In this document: one piece after another, positions 63,101 through 64,000 of the stretch | Position numbering within the stretch: position 1 is the first letter of the stretch | Layout of the letters: every line of letters starts with the position of its first letter | Assembly (NCBI GenBank): GCA_963666835.2 | Contig: CAXXGO010000001.1 | Coordinates: 864,001 to 928,000 of the forward strand | Source of the DNA: Phycisphaerae bacterium | GTDB lineage: Bacteria > Planctomycetota > Phycisphaerae > UBA1845 | Length of the DNA: 64,000 bases | Reading direction: 5' to 3' | The notes under the pieces: generated by a model | What the model was told of the DNA's origin: nothing | Database searches by the model: none | Seen by the model: the letters and a program-made list of their open reading frames with translations, nothing else | Made by a program: the position numbers and the translations under genes

Positions 63101-64000
63101 GGCAGAAGTCTGCGACGGTGTTGCCCATGCTTGTCCGGCCGACAGCTATGCGGATTGGAGCCGGGAGTGTCGAGCGGTTGCGGGTGGTTGCGATGTGGCG
63201 GAGTACTGCCCCGGTGATAGTCCGGATTGCCCTGCGGATGTTGTAGTTGCGGGTGGCACTGAATGCCGCGCAGTTGCGGGCGTCTGCGACGTTGCAGAGG
63301 AATGCGACGGTGTGAATGCGGTCTGTCCGGCTGACGCCTTTGCTGATTACACCACGGAATGTCGTGCGTCGAGCTGGGCTTGTGATCCGGCGGAGTTTTG
63401 CCCCGGGGACGGACCGGACTGTCCACCGGATGATCCCGATGCGACGTATATAGATGTGGAAATCGAGGTTGGAGCGTTGACTGGCGCGGCGGGTGTATAC
63501 GGCGTGACGGCGGCCTGCCCGTTACGCGATTGTGTTACACGAGATGTGACGTTTATCATCGGGTCGTGCGGAGGACCAGAGGAGGTCCGTATTGTGCCCG
63601 TGACGTTCACCGCGGATTTACTGAACAACGTTGGTGTCGGGTATGCGACGCTGGCTGATGTCGATAACAACGCGGAGTGGATCCAGGCTACGGAGGGGCA
63701 CGCGCTTAGCCGTATGCTGCCCCTGGTGTTTGACGGTGCTGGCGGTTGCTCATCTGCTGCCAGCTTTACCGGGGCGAGTCGCTTGATCCCCGGTGACTAC
63801 TCGAATGCGACGGTGGCGCAAGACAACTTGGTTGATATCACTGATTTCTCCATTCTGGCGATTGAGTGGAATCAGACGGTTGCTGCGGACCTGGGAAGTT
63901 TGGCTGATGCGACGGGTGACGGTGTTCAGGATTCTTTCGATTTCGCGCCGTTACAGATGAGCTATGCCCAGACCGGTGATGACAGAGATGTCTTCTGCGA
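60195..64000 (+). CDS. Second scaffoldin-like protein (paralogue of 39429-46223), 3' end beyond window
   Basis: Read manually: RBS GAGGAG, MRRLLIETRFIGCLFLALG...; YVDIGDP..LRAIWE; LYLEMWAQ..YADVHFDP..YVEFTV; GVQALIHYD..VATLTF; disintegrin-like repeats about 62200-63430; GDYSN..DNLVDITDF..DATGDGVQDSFDF; frame consistent to window end. Confidence 0.82.
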   Translation, partial: MRRLLIETRFIGCLFLALGVTGTGVLGDYGDPDGLINGPFPPTEPHPRFSVSPDVTVLPAGAVLVDYVDIGDPSNDPYGFGDESAHLLEPACPLDCSGTECGTGTGDSWGPVCSWSDASLRAIWECGMAGTTSESATINMDFGPTVVNKYIALRWQGGAADDSFSMEIAGNPGVQYQVQHLQAGSNACFNIGVWDVGILTGLQTLTLTATASAWASQEVYGQVMISEIAVWEGPSAPSRTVEIDLVALSTPSSSDSVGFTVCMSGLEFGQPCNDDSDCTFGGEGACRGLAELPVSETQFEVGETLYLEMWAQTTNADGLAAVYADVHFDPCILTATQIFHSMAFTVGGFEPVGAIDNAAGLIDDVGGPHLDGQCTTEYGFEPMWVRVAYVEFTVEGDGAIEFSSSDTGSGFGSAICGTLGVVDAEEVEFGEVGAQAGTEAAELVLDIPGAPVVVQMGEQVDVMLKVANLTTAINGVQALIHYDDSVLSLVGIIPAHLGLDKHIVSNAAIASVAPSRRGGTQKRRQWGRSAVPATDSTDAVLASAAAGWVEISESDVGGDIAYAAQIQGGSTTADGTVATLTFEAVATGTPVISFLPNRPPAHPTLCTKVTDASNAQAIFPVKTDTHRGDISIGEAQCFIDGEWYDAGELNPEQECEWCVPSVGGTSWTPRAAGTNCGDAPDLCEEQDACDGAGECVAGGSRAEGTECRASVGECDVAEVCDGISAECPVDGFAVAGTDCGAAPDVCEERDTCDGAGVCSDNGVKAAGTECRPAIGECDVMEVCDGVSAACPADGFAVTGSHCGPAPEVCEEQDTCDGAGSCVDNGIKVAGTVCREAVGDCDATESCDGVSGSCPADAFLDAGVSCGSVLGPCDGQDTCDGTGGCVDTGFVAAGTECRAASGVCDVPEVCPGDGPECPVDAYAGAGVECRAAVGGCDVAEYCPGDSAECPTDSVANGGNECRAVAGACDVAEVCDGVAHACPADSYADWSRECRAVAGGCDVAEYCPGDSPDCPADVVVAGGTECRAVAGVCDVAEECDGVNAVCPADAFADYTTECRASSWACDPAEFCPGDGPDCPPDDPDATYIDVEIEVGALTGAAGVYGVTAACPLRDCVTRDVTFIIGSCGGPEEVRIVPVTFTADLLNNVGVGYATLADVDNNAEWIQATEGHALSRMLPLVFDGAGGCSSAASFTGASRLIPGDYSNATVAQDNLVDITDFSILAIEWNQTVAADLGSLADATGDGVQDSFDFAPLQMSYAQTGDDRDVFC

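Overview
GC-rich bacterial DNA. The protein styles (DCNxNG repeats, ECF sigma/Ser-Thr kinase pair, EF-hand dockerin-like tails, lamin-tail/CotH giants) suggest a Planctomycetota (Phycisphaerae-like) genome; this is inferred from gene content. 1-3.8 kb: partial spermidine-synthase-like membrane protein, a SAM methyltransferase and initiator tRNA-Met. 3.8-31 kb is accessory and mobile. It holds two near-identical rve-type IS copies, a third rve transposase, a complete IS66 (8-bp TSD) interrupting a metallophosphoesterase remnant, and a partial tRNA-Met duplicate at 16.4 kb (att-like). It also holds an ECF sigma + kinase-TPR pair divergent from a secreted operon (dockerin-like protein, fibre-like protein, C10 and C11 proteases), a violaxanthin-de-epoxidase-like lipoprotein next to a SOUL protein, and two large secreted proteins. 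31.8->64 kb: six co-oriented giant secreted proteins built from a shared module kit. Three are CotH-family kinases and one is a beta-helix protein, all with dockerin-like modules. Two are scaffoldin-like proteins with tandem cohesin-like domains, disintegrin-like Cys repeats and dockerins. This looks like a cellulosome-style assembly carrying extracellular kinases rather than glycosidases. Two of the kinase genes are tandem duplicates with near-identical flanks around unrelated catalytic cassettes. All domain calls come from motif recognition by eye; no searches were run.
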